This document shows, piece after piece, positions 24,356 to 38,076 of a DNA stretch of 64,000 nucleotides. The stretch's first letter is position 1. Each line of letters starts with the position of its first letter. The stretch is taken from positions 8,613,880 to 8,677,879 of the forward strand of contig NC_068989.1 in the NCBI RefSeq assembly GCF_001194135.2, given 5' to 3'. The stretch comes from Octopus bimaculoides (Eukaryota). The notes beneath the pieces are model-generated. The model was given only the letters and a program-made list of their open reading frames with translations. It was not told the DNA's origin and searched no databases. The position numbers and the translations under genes are program-made.

Positions 24356-25239
24356 TTGTGATGTCCCTGATCAGTCTCAGTCTAAGCAATTCTATGTGTG
24401 TTCCTATGTTGCTGGTTTTATTTTCAGGCTTTTTACACCTATCGATTTATAAGTTACAGTTTCCAGATTGGTTTCTCGTCGATGGATTCTGGAATGTTTA
24501 GTTCAACGTTTCAGCCAGAACTCGTAAACAAGAATTTTGATACTTTAAAATTCTTGAAACGTTAATTAAATTATTTCCTACAGTTGCAAAGCGTTTGCAA
24601 GTCCGTTGTAACTTTGAATGTGTTAAATACGGCGTCTTGATTTTTATCCATGTTGCTCTTAATAGTGTTATTGTTGGCGGAGGTGGAATGATCAAATCTG
24701 CTGAGTCGATAATTATTTCTATTTTCATGTTCATGTTATCGCTGTTGTTTTCATGTTTACTGAGGACTTTTGTTGTTTTTGTTTTAATTTCAAGCTCATT
24801 ATTGTTGTTGTGTTGTGATGGTAGAAATCGTGTTGCTTTCACATTTATTTTTTTAAAATTCCTATAGTCTTCGTCTGTATTTTTTATTAATAATATTGTT
24901 ATTGTTGTTCATACATTCACTGATATAACGTAGTAGTGGGAACTGAAAATGTATTGGTTATTGGAACAGCTGACTGTCCCCTTGGTTTGCGAAGACATAT
25001 TTGTTTTATTTTTTACTCTGGACATTTCTCTAAAAGGGACAACATTTCACAAATACAACTAACTTCAGAGGATGCTGGTTGGTTCACTAAAACCAGAGAA
25101 CAGCAAAAACCATATTTTTTTTTCAAAACACAAAACCCAATGACAATATATGTAGCGCAAAACAACATCATACTCTTTCAACCACAACAAAAGCAACAAC
25201 AACAACAACAACAGTAACAACAGCAATAATAATAATACA

Positions 25240-25440
25240 GGTTTCAAATTTTAGCACATAGCCAAGAGTTTTTGAGGACTGAAACATGTGAATTACAGCG
25301 ATACCATTATTCGAAACCGTTACTCAACCACGAAATGAAGACCGACAATGTAATAACTCGGTGGAATTTGAACTCAGAGTATACAAGAAGTGACGCGAAA
25401 CATTTTATACGGTGTGCCGACGGTTCTGCCAGCCCGCCGA
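25240..25440 (-). mobile_element. SINE family A (degenerate), tandem with the next copy
   Basis: gtttcaaattttagcacatagcca...ctcggtggaatttgaactcagag...cggttctgccagcccgcc is the reverse complement of family A. Confidence 0.7.
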
Positions 25441-25470
25441 CTTACAGAACGACAACAACAACAATAATAA

Positions 25471-25680
25471 TCCTTACTACTATAGGCAAAAGGTCTGAAA
25501 TTTGAGGAGAAGGAGCAAGTCGATTACATCGACCCCATTGCTTGACTGGTACTTATTCTATCGGCCCTGAAAAGATGAAAGACAAAGTCAACCACGACGG
25601 AATTTGAAATCAGAATGTAAAGACGTACGAAATGCCACCAAGCATTTGTCCGGCACTCTAAAGATTCTGCCAGCTCGCCA
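25471..25680 (-). mobile_element. tRNA-derived SINE family A
   Basis: caagtcgattacatcgacccc...tggtacttattctatcggccctgaaaagatgaaagacaaagtcaacc..cggaatttgaaatcagaatg...attctgccagctcgcc. Confidence 0.9.
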
Positions 25681-25690
25681 CATTCCGTAT

Positions 25691-25694
<4 letters not shown>

Positions 25695-25778
<84 letters not shown>
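25695..25778. repeat. (AAT)n microsatellite
   Basis: Pure AAT run between the SINE and the LINE relic. Confidence 0.98.
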
Positions 25779-25781
<3 letters not shown>

Positions 25782-25782
25782 C

Positions 25783-26065
25783 AATGAACACGAAGCAGAA
25801 ACTGTGATGGAGAGGAGTTATTACGGGATTTTATGGGATTTCCCATAAACACTCGCCATATTGTCGAAGCAAGATCAAATATGATTCTAGAGGATAAAAG
25901 AAACATTATGAGACAACAGACCTCGCAATCCCATGTGATGAAAGGATGGATACCAAAGAAATCGAAAACCTGAGAAATGTTAGAGGATCTGTAGAGATTG
26001 TGGATGACTAAGAGGACAATCCTTCCTGTGGTAATTGGTGCAAGAGTCATAAGTATGATTCTTCA
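25783..26065 (+). pseudogene. R4/Dong-like LINE restriction-like endonuclease region, 5'-truncated relic
   Basis: With frameshifts: EHEAETVMERSYYGILWDFP..TRHIVEARSNMILEDKRN..TDLAIPCDERMDTKEIE..LEDL*RLWMTKRTILPVVIGA. This matches WYEHEPE.V.EN...KILWDF.IQTD..I.ARRPD.....IID.AIP.D....KE.EK...Y..L...W......P.V.GALG. Confidence 0.75.
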
Positions 26066-26419
26066 AATTTGAGGAGACGTGTTCTAACCAAGCCTCAAGA
26101 CATCATCGTTGCTAACTAAAATAGCATGTAACAGTTTAATAAGAAAATGTTTGAAAGCTGAGTTAACGGAGAGGAGTTATTACTCGATAAAATATCCAGG
26201 CTGTTTAAATGGACAAGTCTCCAATATACAACTGGCTAAAAAGTGTTAGAAGAAGGGCCCCCAGGAGACGTAACCTGGATGGGGGCCAGCCCCTTTACCG
26301 CCTAATAAGTTAAAGGCTGAAACACCTGACTGAGAGTGGTGGGGACGGGGGGCTCTTCTCTGTAGACCTTCTGTTGTTCAAGTCTCTTGAGATTTTCTTA
26401 CAAACGTTAATACCGATTT

Positions 26420-26588
26420 AGACACAAGGCTGTGAATTTTGAGGCTAAGCAGTCAATTCATATTATCCATTCCAGTATCAGATTGATACTTTATTTCGAA
26501 GACACTGAGGGAATTTGATATCACCACATAATGTGTGGTACGTAGATACCGCATTCTATTGCGTACTGACCTCTCTCACGATTCTGCG
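26420..26588 (-). mobile_element. Degenerate SINE family A
   Basis: gacacaaggctgtgaattttgagg...gatactttatttcga..gggaatttga..cacgattctgcgaatccacc. Confidence 0.5.
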
Positions 26589-26852
26589 AATCCACCCCAA
26601 TGGACTTTAGAGGATTATACGCATCAACATGAAACAGAAAAATTCATAGGCTACTAACTGAACTCGAATTGCAGAACTATTGAATATTGTTCTACAGCTA
26701 TACCAAAATGCACAACATAGCGCCTACCATTCGATTTTACTAAAAAATATTTACTTTCAATTGCTTCTATGGTTTTAACTGTGAATTCATATTCACAAGA
26801 TAATCGTTCATCCTCTTACACTTGAAGTATTATTTTATTTTTCTTGTCGCAG

Positions 26853-26922
26853 ACATCAAACAGAGGTAGACGAACTCAGTATGATGAGCTTCAGTAGAAT
26901 AGGCTGTGGAACTATGGGGTAT
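26853..26922 (+). CDS. Candidate small exon (unknown gene)
   Basis: Strong acceptor tattttatttttcttgtcgcAG and donor GTAAGT at 26923. One open frame: HQTEVDELSMMSFSRIGCGTMGY. No recognised homology. Confidence 0.25.
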
Positions 26923-27683
26923 GTAAGTATATATAAAATACGCTGTCTTGGGTATTTCCTGTATGCAGAATCTAGTAAATATCAATAATATCAATAATTC
27001 AATAATTCGTAATTGAATTAACATAAGGAGGAGTTTTACTATTTCAAAAACGTCTACGCATCTTCTTTTACTTTTGAAATACATTTTTCATTGCATCGTT
27101 GCGTACACTGGTATCCATTGTGTCTGGATTATGTCGAAACGAGAAAGTTCTCTTTGAAGAAATGGGGAATTTCAGGTCAATAAAACATTAAATCGAAAAG
27201 ATGCATAAATGTTACAATAGATAGACAATAATGAACACCTACCTCCCTCATACACGCATAATCCCATTTATATATATGTGCATATTTATATATATATATA
27301 TATATGAATGTGCGTAGGTTTATATATAGAATAAAATATAGATATGTTTGTAGAAATGCCTGTGTGATGGTGTGTATCAATTCAAAAAATATATGCACAT
27401 ACATATATACATACATATATACATGTATACGTACGTACGTGAATACATACATCTATGCATGCATGTATACATGCATATATGCATGAATACATACATATAT
27501 GTATAAATGCATGTATCATATATACATACATACACACATACATACAGACATATATTCACAAGTTTTTCCCTCACTAAGATGTATTCATATATGTATATAG
27601 ATAGATGGATAGATAGACAGATATATCCATACATATCTATATCTATATATCTCTCTCTCTATATATATATATATATTATATAC

Positions 27684-28022
27684 GTGGAGGTGCAATGGCC
27701 CAGCAGTTAGGGCAGCAGACTCGTGGTCGTAGGATCGCGATTTCGATTCCCAGACTGGGCGTTGTGAGTGTTTATTGAGCAAAAACACCAAAGGCTCCAC
27801 GAGACTCCGGCAGGGGATGGTGAGGAACCTTGCCGTACACTTTCACCACAACTTTCTCGCACTCTTTCTTCCTGTTTCTGTTGTACCTGTATTTCAAAGG
27901 GCCAGCCTTGTCACACTCTGTGTCACGCTTTTCTCAGCCACTTGTCCGTTAATTTCACGAGCAGTCTGTTCTGTTAATCGGATCAACTGGAACCCTCGTC
28001 GTCGTAACCGATGGAGTGCCAC
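27684..28022 (+). mobile_element. tRNA-derived SINE family C (long, about 340 bp)
   Basis: A-box-like TGGCCCAGCAG (27696) and B-box-like GATTTCGATTCC (27739). The body ends gatcaactggaaccctcgtcgtcgtaaccgatggagtgcc; flanked by TA/GATA microsatellites. Confidence 0.75.
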
Positions 28023-28036
28023 GATATATTATAGAT

Positions 28037-28067
<31 letters not shown>

Positions 28068-28621
28068 CATACATACATACATACATATATACATTATTTA
28101 CGTCACAAGAATTTAGAAACTTTGGAAGAACGTTATAGGATTTGTTTTTCTTTTGTCTCGAACGCGGAGTAGATGAAACAGGGACAACTGAAGAAGGGGT
28201 ATATTGCATGTCTCGTTTCTCTGTTCGTTTTTTTCGTCGCTCGAAAAAAAGTTCGTTTTCTATGTTTTCGTTTTTATATTTTCGTATCTCATTGTGTTTA
28301 ACGTTTTTTTTTTATTTTGATATCCTGCACCCATATATGCATGTATATATATGTAGGTATGTACATATATGTATGTATATATGCATATATTTGTATATTA
28401 TTTATATTATTATATGATCGAACGCCAAGCATCTCCCCCTCATCCCTCTCTATCTCACACACACATAAATACACGCACATGCACATATACATGGACTGAT
28501 TAATAGAAAGTTAAAATGTTTTTCATAATTTACATCATTTCTGCATTGAGTTTCTAAGTTACGATTAATTGTTTGTCTTAAAATATTTTCATACATTTTC
28601 GCATCGAAATTATACTCTTTT

Positions 28622-28624
<3 letters not shown>

Positions 28625-28683
<59 letters not shown>

Positions 28684-29327
28684 NNNNNNNNNNNNNNNNN
28701 NNNNNNNNNNNNNNNNNNNNNNNNNNNNNNNNNNNNNNNNNNNNNNNNNNNNNNNNNNNNNNNNNNNNNNNNNNNNNNNNNNNNNNNNNNNNNNNNNNNN
28801 NNNNNNNNNNNNNNNNNNNNNNNNNNNNNNNNNNNNNNNNNNNNNNNNNNNNNNNNNNNNNNNNNNNNNNNNNNNNNNNNNNNNNNNNNNNNNNNNNNNN
28901 NNNNNNNNNNNNNNNNNNNNNNNNNNNNNNNNNNNNNNNNNNNNNNNNNNNNNNNNNNNNNNNNNNNNNNNNNNNNNNNNNNNNNNNNNNNNNNNNNNNN
29001 NNNNNNNNNNNNNNNNNNNNNNNNNNNNNNNNNNNNNNNNNNNNNNNNNNNNNNNNNNNNNNNNNNNNNNNNNNNNNNNNNNNNNNNNNNNNNNNNNNNN
29101 NNNNNNNNNNNNNNNNNNNNNNNNNNNNNNNNNNNNNNNNNNNNNNNNNNNNNNNNNNNNNNNNNNNNNNNNNNNNNNNNNNNNNNNNNNNNNNNNNNNN
29201 NNNNNNNNNNNNNNNNNNNNNNNNNNNNNNNNNNNNNNNNNNNNNNNNNNNNNNNNNNNNNNNNNNNNNNNNNNNNNNNNNNNNNNNNNNNNNNNNNNNN
29301 NNNNNNNNNNNNNNNNNNNNNNNNNNN

Positions 29328-29370
<43 letters not shown>

Positions 29371-29410
29371 GTATATAAATATATATATATATATATATAT
29401 GTCTGTATAT
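28625..29410. repeat. (CT)n + assembly gap (28684-29327) + (TA)n
   Basis: Direct reading. Confidence 0.98.
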
Positions 29411-29749
29411 AAATATATATATACATATTATGGCTATTTCTTTCCACCATAGTATTTTTAAAATATTTTCTAAACATTATAAATTTCTAATTTTAATGAA
29501 TGTCATTCATTTGTTACCGATTCGCGAAGTAGTTATTCGAATATCCCAGATAGTGGTGGTGTTGGCGCTGGTAGTTTGGTGATGAGTGTTCGGGTGGTTG
29601 CGTTGGTGAAGTAAGCAGTGGTTACAGTAGTCTTAGTGATGTTGACATCACGTGGTATTATTGGTGTTTGGGGTAGTAATGTTAGTGACAATGTAAGTAG
29701 CTGTTGTAGTGTTGTTAGTTGTGGTGGTGCTTTAAAATGTTGTAATATT

Positions 29750-29846
29750 TCAAATTTTGACACAAGGCCAGTAATTTGCAAGTAGGTGTAACGCGATTAC
29801 ATTGACCTCAGTAATCAACTGGTACTTATTCTATCGACCCCGAAAC
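29750..29846 (-). mobile_element. SINE family A 3' half
   Basis: tcaaattttgacacaaggccagtaattt...gattacattgacctcagtaatcaactggtacttattctatcgaccccgaaa. Confidence 0.8.
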
Positions 29847-30382
29847 ATTTATGTGTTTGGTATATGTTTAGTATATTTGTTGAAAACTTGGTTGCGATGT
29901 GCAAATATTAAAGACAATATCCATTTCTTCGCAGAACGTAACTTCAGACAACGGACCACTGAATTATGAGTCCAACATCCTACCACGCTGCCGTTCTGCT
30001 CAAAGAACGATTAAAAATTATATAACGTATTATTTCTGATATTGTCTGTTTTGAGTTACATTATTTCCATAACACCATTGACCATATGTTATTTATAACA
30101 TATATTCCATATATTTACTTTTATACTTTGGACTGTGTACATATCTGTACGTTGCAGATTTTTGTGAGTGTCTCATGTTCAGATCAACCAAAGTAAAATA
30201 ATTCTTTAAATGTTTTCCAAGCGCAGCGTAGCAAGCGAGCTTGCTAGTAACCTAATATTCAAGTACTTCAGTCATTTTAATAGACTTATCTTACTCAAGG
30301 GTTGCATTACCTTCCTTTTACATAAGTAATCAATTTTCCTTATTTTTGGTTTTCTTTTGTTTTATCTTTTTTATACGTGTAG

Positions 30383-30451
30383 ATGCAACTTTCGAATATG
30401 CATGTACGATGCATTGTAGCAACCTTTCAAATCCAAATACGATACCAGAAC
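30383..30451 (+). CDS. Candidate 69-nt symmetric exon (unknown gene)
   Basis: Pyrimidine-rich acceptor ending gtgtAG (30381-30382) and donor GTAAGA (30452). Two frames are open: MQLSNMHVRCIVATFQIQIRYQN, or xATFEYACTMHCSNLSNPNTIPE. Confidence 0.25.
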
Positions 30452-31184
30452 GTAAGAAGTACAGAAGAAAATTATAATGGGAAAAAAAGTCGATGCTCTG
30501 CAGCCTAATCATAAATTTCTAATATTCAGTATTAGGTATCAAAGTAAAATAAACAGCTTTACAAATTACGTTAGCCTTGGCACTATAAAGAGCTAAAAAA
30601 CATTATTTTGAACGGACCATAGAATCTCAGCTAACACCGATATTGAAGACATAAATATTCTGCAGTCGGTTATATATATATAAAAAAAAACTATCTGCCA
30701 ATGAATCACCATAACTATTTTGACAATGGCTTAACATATGATATTACAAGATAAATGACGCAGATGTATCTCCTGATTCAAGTTTTTTAACGACACAAAC
30801 ATATTAATACTACTAATAAATCATAATGTAATAGATCTTATGTTCATGTGATAATATATGCATAAGTTCTTTGATAGTGCAATAATCAGCGCATGAAATC
30901 ATGGAAGAAACCAAGCCATAAAGAAGTTAGTCTTTTACAAACTAACAATGAGATTCAAGGGCATATATTCTCTACTTATTTCGCTCCGGCAATTCTCTCA
31001 CAATTTCATCGCCCATTATCCATCCACCCGTATGTCTATAAACCCATCTCTGTTTATCACCATATACTATAGTAATTTTGAATAGCGGTTATGTTTTCCA
31101 CTCATTAGATATATAAGCGGACGTGTACCAATATAATATATAAATGTGTGTGTATGTGTGTGTACATATATATACACAGTATAT

Positions 31185-31185
31185 G

Positions 31186-31260
<75 letters not shown>

Positions 31261-31268
31261 TGACGGTC

Positions 31269-31314
<46 letters not shown>
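31185..31314. repeat. (GATA)n followed by (GT)n microsatellites
   Basis: Direct reading. Confidence 0.97.
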
Positions 31315-31317
<3 letters not shown>

Positions 31318-31514
31318 CATATCCGGCAATAAGAAAATGGAAGAGATCAAGATGTGGTATTCATTAACTTTTAGACATTATATTATGTCTATTTATTTTT
31401 AAAAAAACAATTATAATAATATACATACATGTACAACAGATTATGCTTTACATATATATAAATACCAGTAATTATTAAAATAATAACGTAGAACATAGAA
31501 CGTAGAAAATATGC

Positions 31515-31516
<2 letters not shown>

Positions 31517-31573
<57 letters not shown>

Positions 31574-31718
31574 NNNNNNNNNNNNNNNNNNNNNNNNNNN
31601 NNNNNNNNNNNNNNNNNNNNNNNNNNNNNNNNNNNNNNNNNNNNNNNNNNNNNNNNNNNNNNNNNNNNNNNNNNNNNNNNNNNNNNNNNNNNNNNNNNNN
31701 NNNNNNNNNNNNNNNNNN

Positions 31719-31757
<39 letters not shown>
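31517..31757. repeat. (TA)n + assembly gap (31574-31718) + (TA)n
   Basis: Direct reading. Confidence 0.98.
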
Positions 31758-31762
<5 letters not shown>

Positions 31763-32733
31763 TTTATTCATACATATATACGTACATACATAGATACAAA
31801 TACACACATACGTTCTTATATAAATTTACCTTTATAAAATTATACATATATATGTATTTGCATAACAGGCACGTACTCTTAGTAAATACTCAGGGTAGGC
31901 AGTGGTGACTTTTATGTAGTTAAACACACAAAAATAAGCGTAACACAGACTGAGTTGAAGGCAGATTTATTTCTGCCTTTATAGCACGTAAAGAAAATGG
32001 TGTTGTAGGAGAGTACACAGCACGTGTAGTACATCAGTACTAAGCGTAGCTTACTGAGATTGAAAGTCAGGGGCGAATTATGCCTACCTAATCTACAAAA
32101 AATAAAATATTTTGCATTTTATGCATAGTAATCAGAATAACTTTCATAATTCAATTAAATTTGATGCATATTTTGCTATAAAAGGAAAATGCTGCTACTG
32201 GTCTATTTTATTCATGGTAGGCACTGCCTACGGTGCCTGCTTAAGCGGCATGTCCCTGGTACATACATAGATATGACTACACACATACGTTCTTATATAA
32301 ACTACATACGAATTTGAATAGGTATTTGAGTAGATAAGTATATAATTATGTATACCATAACGAATACGAGAAGCCATATACCTGTACGAAGCGATATTGT
32401 ATCAGCTAATATACATACAAGCATTGTACGAGCTAACACCATTATACATTGGGCATAATTATTTATACACGTTACTTGTTTTCTTTCAAATACATATCGG
32501 AATGTAATTTCCATTAGTCAATGAGTCATTGTGTGTGTGCGTAGTAATGAATACGTGTAAATGTTTTTCTCTATGTGTATGTGTACCACGTATATAATTA
32601 TTTTCTTTTAGACATAATCGGATATGATTATACATATTGTATGTCACTAAATGAACCAACAGGCATAGTATATTATTACTGATATGTATTTAATACTTAA
32701 TGCACTTTAATTCATACATGTCCTCAAGAGATT

Positions 32734-32736
<3 letters not shown>

Positions 32737-32764
<28 letters not shown>

Positions 32765-33316
32765 NNNNNNNNNNNNNNNNNNNNNNNNNNNNNNNNNNNN
32801 NNNNNNNNNNNNNNNNNNNNNNNNNNNNNNNNNNNNNNNNNNNNNNNNNNNNNNNNNNNNNNNNNNNNNNNNNNNNNNNNNNNNNNNNNNNNNNNNNNNN
32901 NNNNNNNNNNNNNNNNNNNNNNNNNNNNNNNNNNNNNNNNNNNNNNNNNNNNNNNNNNNNNNNNNNNNNNNNNNNNNNNNNNNNNNNNNNNNNNNNNNNN
33001 NNNNNNNNNNNNNNNNNNNNNNNNNNNNNNNNNNNNNNNNNNNNNNNNNNNNNNNNNNNNNNNNNNNNNNNNNNNNNNNNNNNNNNNNNNNNNNNNNNNN
33101 NNNNNNNNNNNNNNNNNNNNNNNNNNNNNNNNNNNNNNNNNNNNNNNNNNNNNNNNNNNNNNNNNNNNNNNNNNNNNNNNNNNNNNNNNNNNNNNNNNNN
33201 NNNNNNNNNNNNNNNNNNNNNNNNNNNNNNNNNNNNNNNNNNNNNNNNNNNNNNNNNNNNNNNNNNNNNNNNNNNNNATATATATGTATGTATATATATA
33301 TATGTATATATGTACG

Positions 33317-33360
<44 letters not shown>

Positions 33361-33452
33361 CGTATATATATATATGTATATATATATGTACATATATGTA
33401 TGTATATATATATGTATATATATCTATGTATATATATGTATATGTATATATG
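32737..33452. repeat. (TA)n + assembly gap (32765-33277) + degenerate TA/TG repeat
   Basis: Direct reading. Confidence 0.97.
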
Positions 33453-33558
33453 TAGAAGTATGCCTTTAGGTGAGACTGCGGGCGAGTGAAATAGGTGAGA
33501 CAATATTCCTCTATGGTTTCACGATCATATCATAATCAATGCTATATCTATCTGTTCA

Positions 33559-33652
<94 letters not shown>

Positions 33653-34976
33653 TGTGTAGTATATATATATATATATATGTCTACAAAACATATAACTTTG
33701 ATAAAGATTACCCATTTTTCAGCTTTTGTGACACATTTGTATCATGTAATGCTATTATATTTCTTGTAGCCCTGAGCTATCTCTCTTTATCTCTGTACCT
33801 ATTTATCTATCTCCGTCTATATACATTTTTCTCTGGTACATATAATTCATTTTGTTATGCTTTTCAATTATATATTCCCACTTATATTGCGGCGTCTGCT
33901 GCAAAACATCTATGCGCTGAGGTACAACTGGAAACCTCGTTACTAATTGTTCGGAGTCATTATAATACGTTGTTATCGATAATGGCCCTGAGTAAAGCTT
34001 GAGTGTGAGACTTAAGTTGCATACTGTTTTAATACCAATATCTAATCCTTGAAGAATGCCGGTTGACAGAATAGTTAGAATATTGGAAACATTCCCTCCA
34101 GTAACTGTTCCAATTGTTTATGTTCAATCTCATCAAAGTTTAGCATTTTCCACTGTAAAGATGAAATCCGTGAATTCTTCCCGTTGAAAAATGATTCAAT
34201 GAATAATAACGCTACGTTCAAATTTCTGTTATGTTCAGTTATGTCTTTCAGCTTGCACTGACTTTGTTGTTCATTTACCCCAAAATAATGTAAGCATGTA
34301 TGTCTGTCTGTCTCTCTGTATGTATGTCTGTCTGTCTCTGTATGTTTGTATGTAGGTAGGTAGGTAGGTAGGTATGTAGGTAGGTAGGTAGGCAGGCATA
34401 CATTTATATACTGGTATCGATTAAGTTGTCTACAACGTTATAAAGTCGCTCGAGTGTCAGATCGATTTGCCCAATTCTTTGTAGCACGCTGCGTTCTCAG
34501 TTCAAATCCCTACATCAATTTTGACCCCCACGGGTCGATCAATAAAATAGTTTTGAAGTATTGGGTTAGGTTTTCTTTGTTCTTTCCATATTTCTTTCTT
34601 TTTCTATCTCTTTCCCTTTCTCTTTCTATGTTTGTCTTTCTATATATTCATCTATGTCTATTTCCACTTCTCACTTAGTTTTTCTCTTCGGAATTGGCTA
34701 TGTGGCGTTTCCAGAAGGCCACTGCGACTGTTATGCGATGGAGAACGATTGAGCAATCTCTTGTAATGTGATCATGCAACATAAAACAATCAAATAAGCA
34801 ATATAGTATAGTGACTGTGAACTTAACAATATGCCCTGTTGTTACAAAAGTATTCTAGACATTAGCAGCAATTTCTTGTCTGCATGTTGTGGCAAGCATT
34901 AGCGTATCTCTGGTGTTATCTGACGCAACCGCTTTATCTCTCCAATCATAGAGGCTCAGAACAGAGGCATGGATGC

Positions 34977-35035
34977 TCTTCTTCTTCTTCTTCTTCTTCT
35001 TCTTCTTCTTCTTCTTCTTCTTCTTCTTCTTCTTC
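34977..35035. repeat. (CTT)n microsatellite
   Basis: Pure CTT run. Confidence 0.98.
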
Positions 35036-35093
35036 TAAAGAAGACATTGAAAGTAGTTTAAGTCTCATATCAGTCATTTTATCTTAATATCAG

Positions 35094-35257
35094 AAAGAAC
35101 ATCCTCTTCGAAGTTCAAGCAGGTCAGGATTTCGTGTACAGTTCCGACTGACCACACAAAGTAAACAGAACGATGATATCCGCAAAATTCTCCACCTGAA
35201 CCCAACACGCATCGTTGAAGTCGTCTGGGAGTTAGACGCGAAATTGATACGCGAAAG
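35094..35257 (+). CDS. Candidate internal coding exon, 164 nt (unknown gene)
   Basis: Acceptor ttttatcttaatatcAG and donor aag|GTGAGA. The open frame KEHPLRSSSRSGFRVQFRLTTQSKQNDDIRKILHLNPTRIVEVVWELDAKLIRE is bounded by in-frame stops just outside both splice sites (TAA 35085, TGA 35259). GC/CpG-richer than the flanks. Confidence 0.45.
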
Positions 35258-35965
35258 GTGAGATTATAACGTCTCACCCGAACATGAAATACGTTTTAGA
35301 AAACCAATAATGCCTATCAGCCTTTCTTGTTAGCGGTCTGCAAAGCGACATTTCCGTTAATGGCAATACCTATGCTTATATAACACATAGGACATTTTTA
35401 ATAACAAAGAAGATATGGTTTACATAATCACACGCTATTACTTGATCATAAGAAAACATTCGCCAAAACACAACACATACTACGTCCATTATTTATTATA
35501 AATAGTTACAAATCAAATATCATAATGACTATGAGATTGTAATTAAGAAGAACTTTCTTCAAGATAGTCTCTCACCACGAGTAAAGAGCACAAACGTCAT
35601 CTGAATCACAGGTATCTCACAACGCACATTCACTTTTCTGCATTCATTTGCATTCGACTACTAGTTCACTGTGAAGTATTTATGCAACTGAGCGTTAAAA
35701 ACTGAATATTGGTAACGCTACGATTATTTAGAAATTATTTACCACCAGTGGCCTAGCGTGTAGAAAAACTAGTCAATAGACTATATATTATTCATTATAA
35801 ATACAGTGTACATTTAAACACGTAAGAGATGGCCATAATAGGACATCTAACCCGCTAGAAGGAGTAGTTAAAATCCAAACCACTATTAGGGGTAATTTTG
35901 AAAGGGAATGAAAAATAAAAACATTTACCATCTACTTCCTGGACATCTACTTCCTGGTTTCAAGC

Positions 35966-35966
<1 letters not shown>

Positions 35967-36029
<63 letters not shown>
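35967..36029. repeat. (GATA)n microsatellite
   Basis: Direct reading. Confidence 0.98.
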
Positions 36030-36030
<1 letters not shown>

Positions 36031-36905
36031 TTTCATCTTTGTATGTTTATATGTTTTCACCTCCCTATATACGAATATCAAGAAATATTCAGTGCATGTA
36101 TATTAAATTTATGAAAAGCTTTGATTACTTTCATGGTGCAGGAGTTGCTGGTATGATATGAAAGTCAACGAAATTTTTTTTTTTCTTACCCGATACCTTA
36201 CTTCTATAAATATACAATAAATTGGGAGAGAATGTTATATTCTAGTCTCGGCTTTAACGTTCAGTATTCTCGTTGAGAATACATATCTATACACTGCATA
36301 TATATATAAATATGTATACGTCATTTAATATACATAATTTACAAAATAGTATCTATGTTTGCTCCCCTTGCATGGCTTGACAACGGCGTTGGTTACTTTA
36401 CTTGCCAGGCAAAAGACTAAATAAGTACCATTTTTTTAGTGGTACTTATATGAACTGTTTTAAAAAAACAATATTCAAGGTGGCTCCCCGGTACGACCAC
36501 CGTCCAATGCCTGAAATCATATATGTGCGCGTGCCTCTGTGTGTNNNNNNNNNNGGGGGGGGGGGAGTGGATACGTACTACAACAGCCGTAATAGTCTGA
36601 TGATGTAGGATGTGAATTGTCATGATAAATGATGACAATGAACCTACTGCCACTATTTTTGGTGCCTGCTACTAATGATGACAAACGACGATGACATGAA
36701 AGAAGATCAACAGAAAGACAAAGGGTGCTGATAGAAATATTAAACTGCAATTATAATTTCATTTCCGTTTGCTTGCCATAGAAGCCTGACAGTGCTCAAT
36801 CTTAAGATAATACGCCAATTACATTCATTTTTAAATTGAAATTCCAATCAGCAGAAAAAATAAACATACATATGTATAAATGTATGTATATGATATGATG
36901 TAGAT

Positions 36906-37233
36906 CAAAGGTTCTCAACGCGGGCCATTTGGCGCTCGAGGGGGTCGTTTTGGAGCAAAGGGGCTCTCTTGTGCTATAAGTGTCGCGTGCTGGAAATAAT
37001 CACAATTAGCAAACTTACAATTTATTATTTCATTTTTTTTTTTTTTTTGCATTTCAGTTTGTACATCTGTACTTCCGACTGCGTACAAGCGTGTATGTAA
37101 CACGATGTCCTTTATTTTTTAATCATTATCTGCTGATATCAAAATAAGTATTATATCGAGAAATAAAACTATTTTCTTGAGGAGTCCAAGGATCAAAAGG
37201 GGGCCGTTGGCCAAAATGGGTTGAGAATCTTTG
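36906..37233. mobile_element. Non-autonomous hAT (Charlie/MER5-like) DNA transposon, 328 bp
   Basis: 14-bp TIRs CAAAGGTTCTCAAC / GTTGAGAATCTTTG (1 mismatch). Perfect 8-bp TSD ATGTAGAT at 36898-36905 and 37234-37241. Confidence 0.92.
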
Positions 37234-38076
37234 ATGTAGATAGCAGTAACATCGCCTAACTCCTATATACTAGAAACCGGTATGACCAAACTATAGGCAG
37301 CCAAGTCTACTTTCCCATTGTCCCCTATCAAGAACTTCTGCTTTACGTCACTATAAGATCAATTACACCCTACCCACCCCCACAACGTGCGGAAAAATGC
37401 TTATGTTGTGCAAAATATTTCTTGTGACAATCACGTTGCGCTTACAGAATGTATAAATATAATCATTAATCAATGTGTGATTTCTAACTTTTTGCGTGCA
37501 AATTAATTTCTTGTAAGCTCATTAATTGCTTTTGACAGCTGATTGCAAGCGAGTATGCTGCTCGCGTAACTCACGTCTTAGAAATCTGTTTCAAAGTATG
37601 ATTATGTGTATAATAACCTGCAATATATAAACTGATTAAGCATGAAGTGTGAGAAAGACAATCGTGAACATTCCAATGATATGAAATTCCCTGAAACACG
37701 GTAGAATGGTATACAAGTCATGGACAAATTCAATTCTTGCAATATTCAATGAAAAGTGTATGTTTTGAAGTGGAATGTATTTTAGTCTTCACTAACTTCG
37801 TGATTGATTACGCAGGGAATGATCGATTACCTAATTACCGGACATACTTGTATCGATTTGGTGATATATTAGTGATTGATTAGAGCCTCAGGTAGTCGTC
37901 TCTCCTGTCCTAAACACTTGGTAAGGGCTCGGCAACATTCTGATGAATAACCTGCACAGACGATTTCTTTACACTGACCAAATGTTTGTGCCGTACATAA
38001 GATAATGCTCTCCATAAAATCAACACTTTCTCCAGAGATGCATTTCAAATTCATCGTAGAGCAACTTTGAATGGAG

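Noticed and set aside
29533-29781. Thr/Pro/Leu-rich 82-aa minus ORF
   Set aside because: Degenerate GTT/GTA triplet repeat running into a SINE tail.
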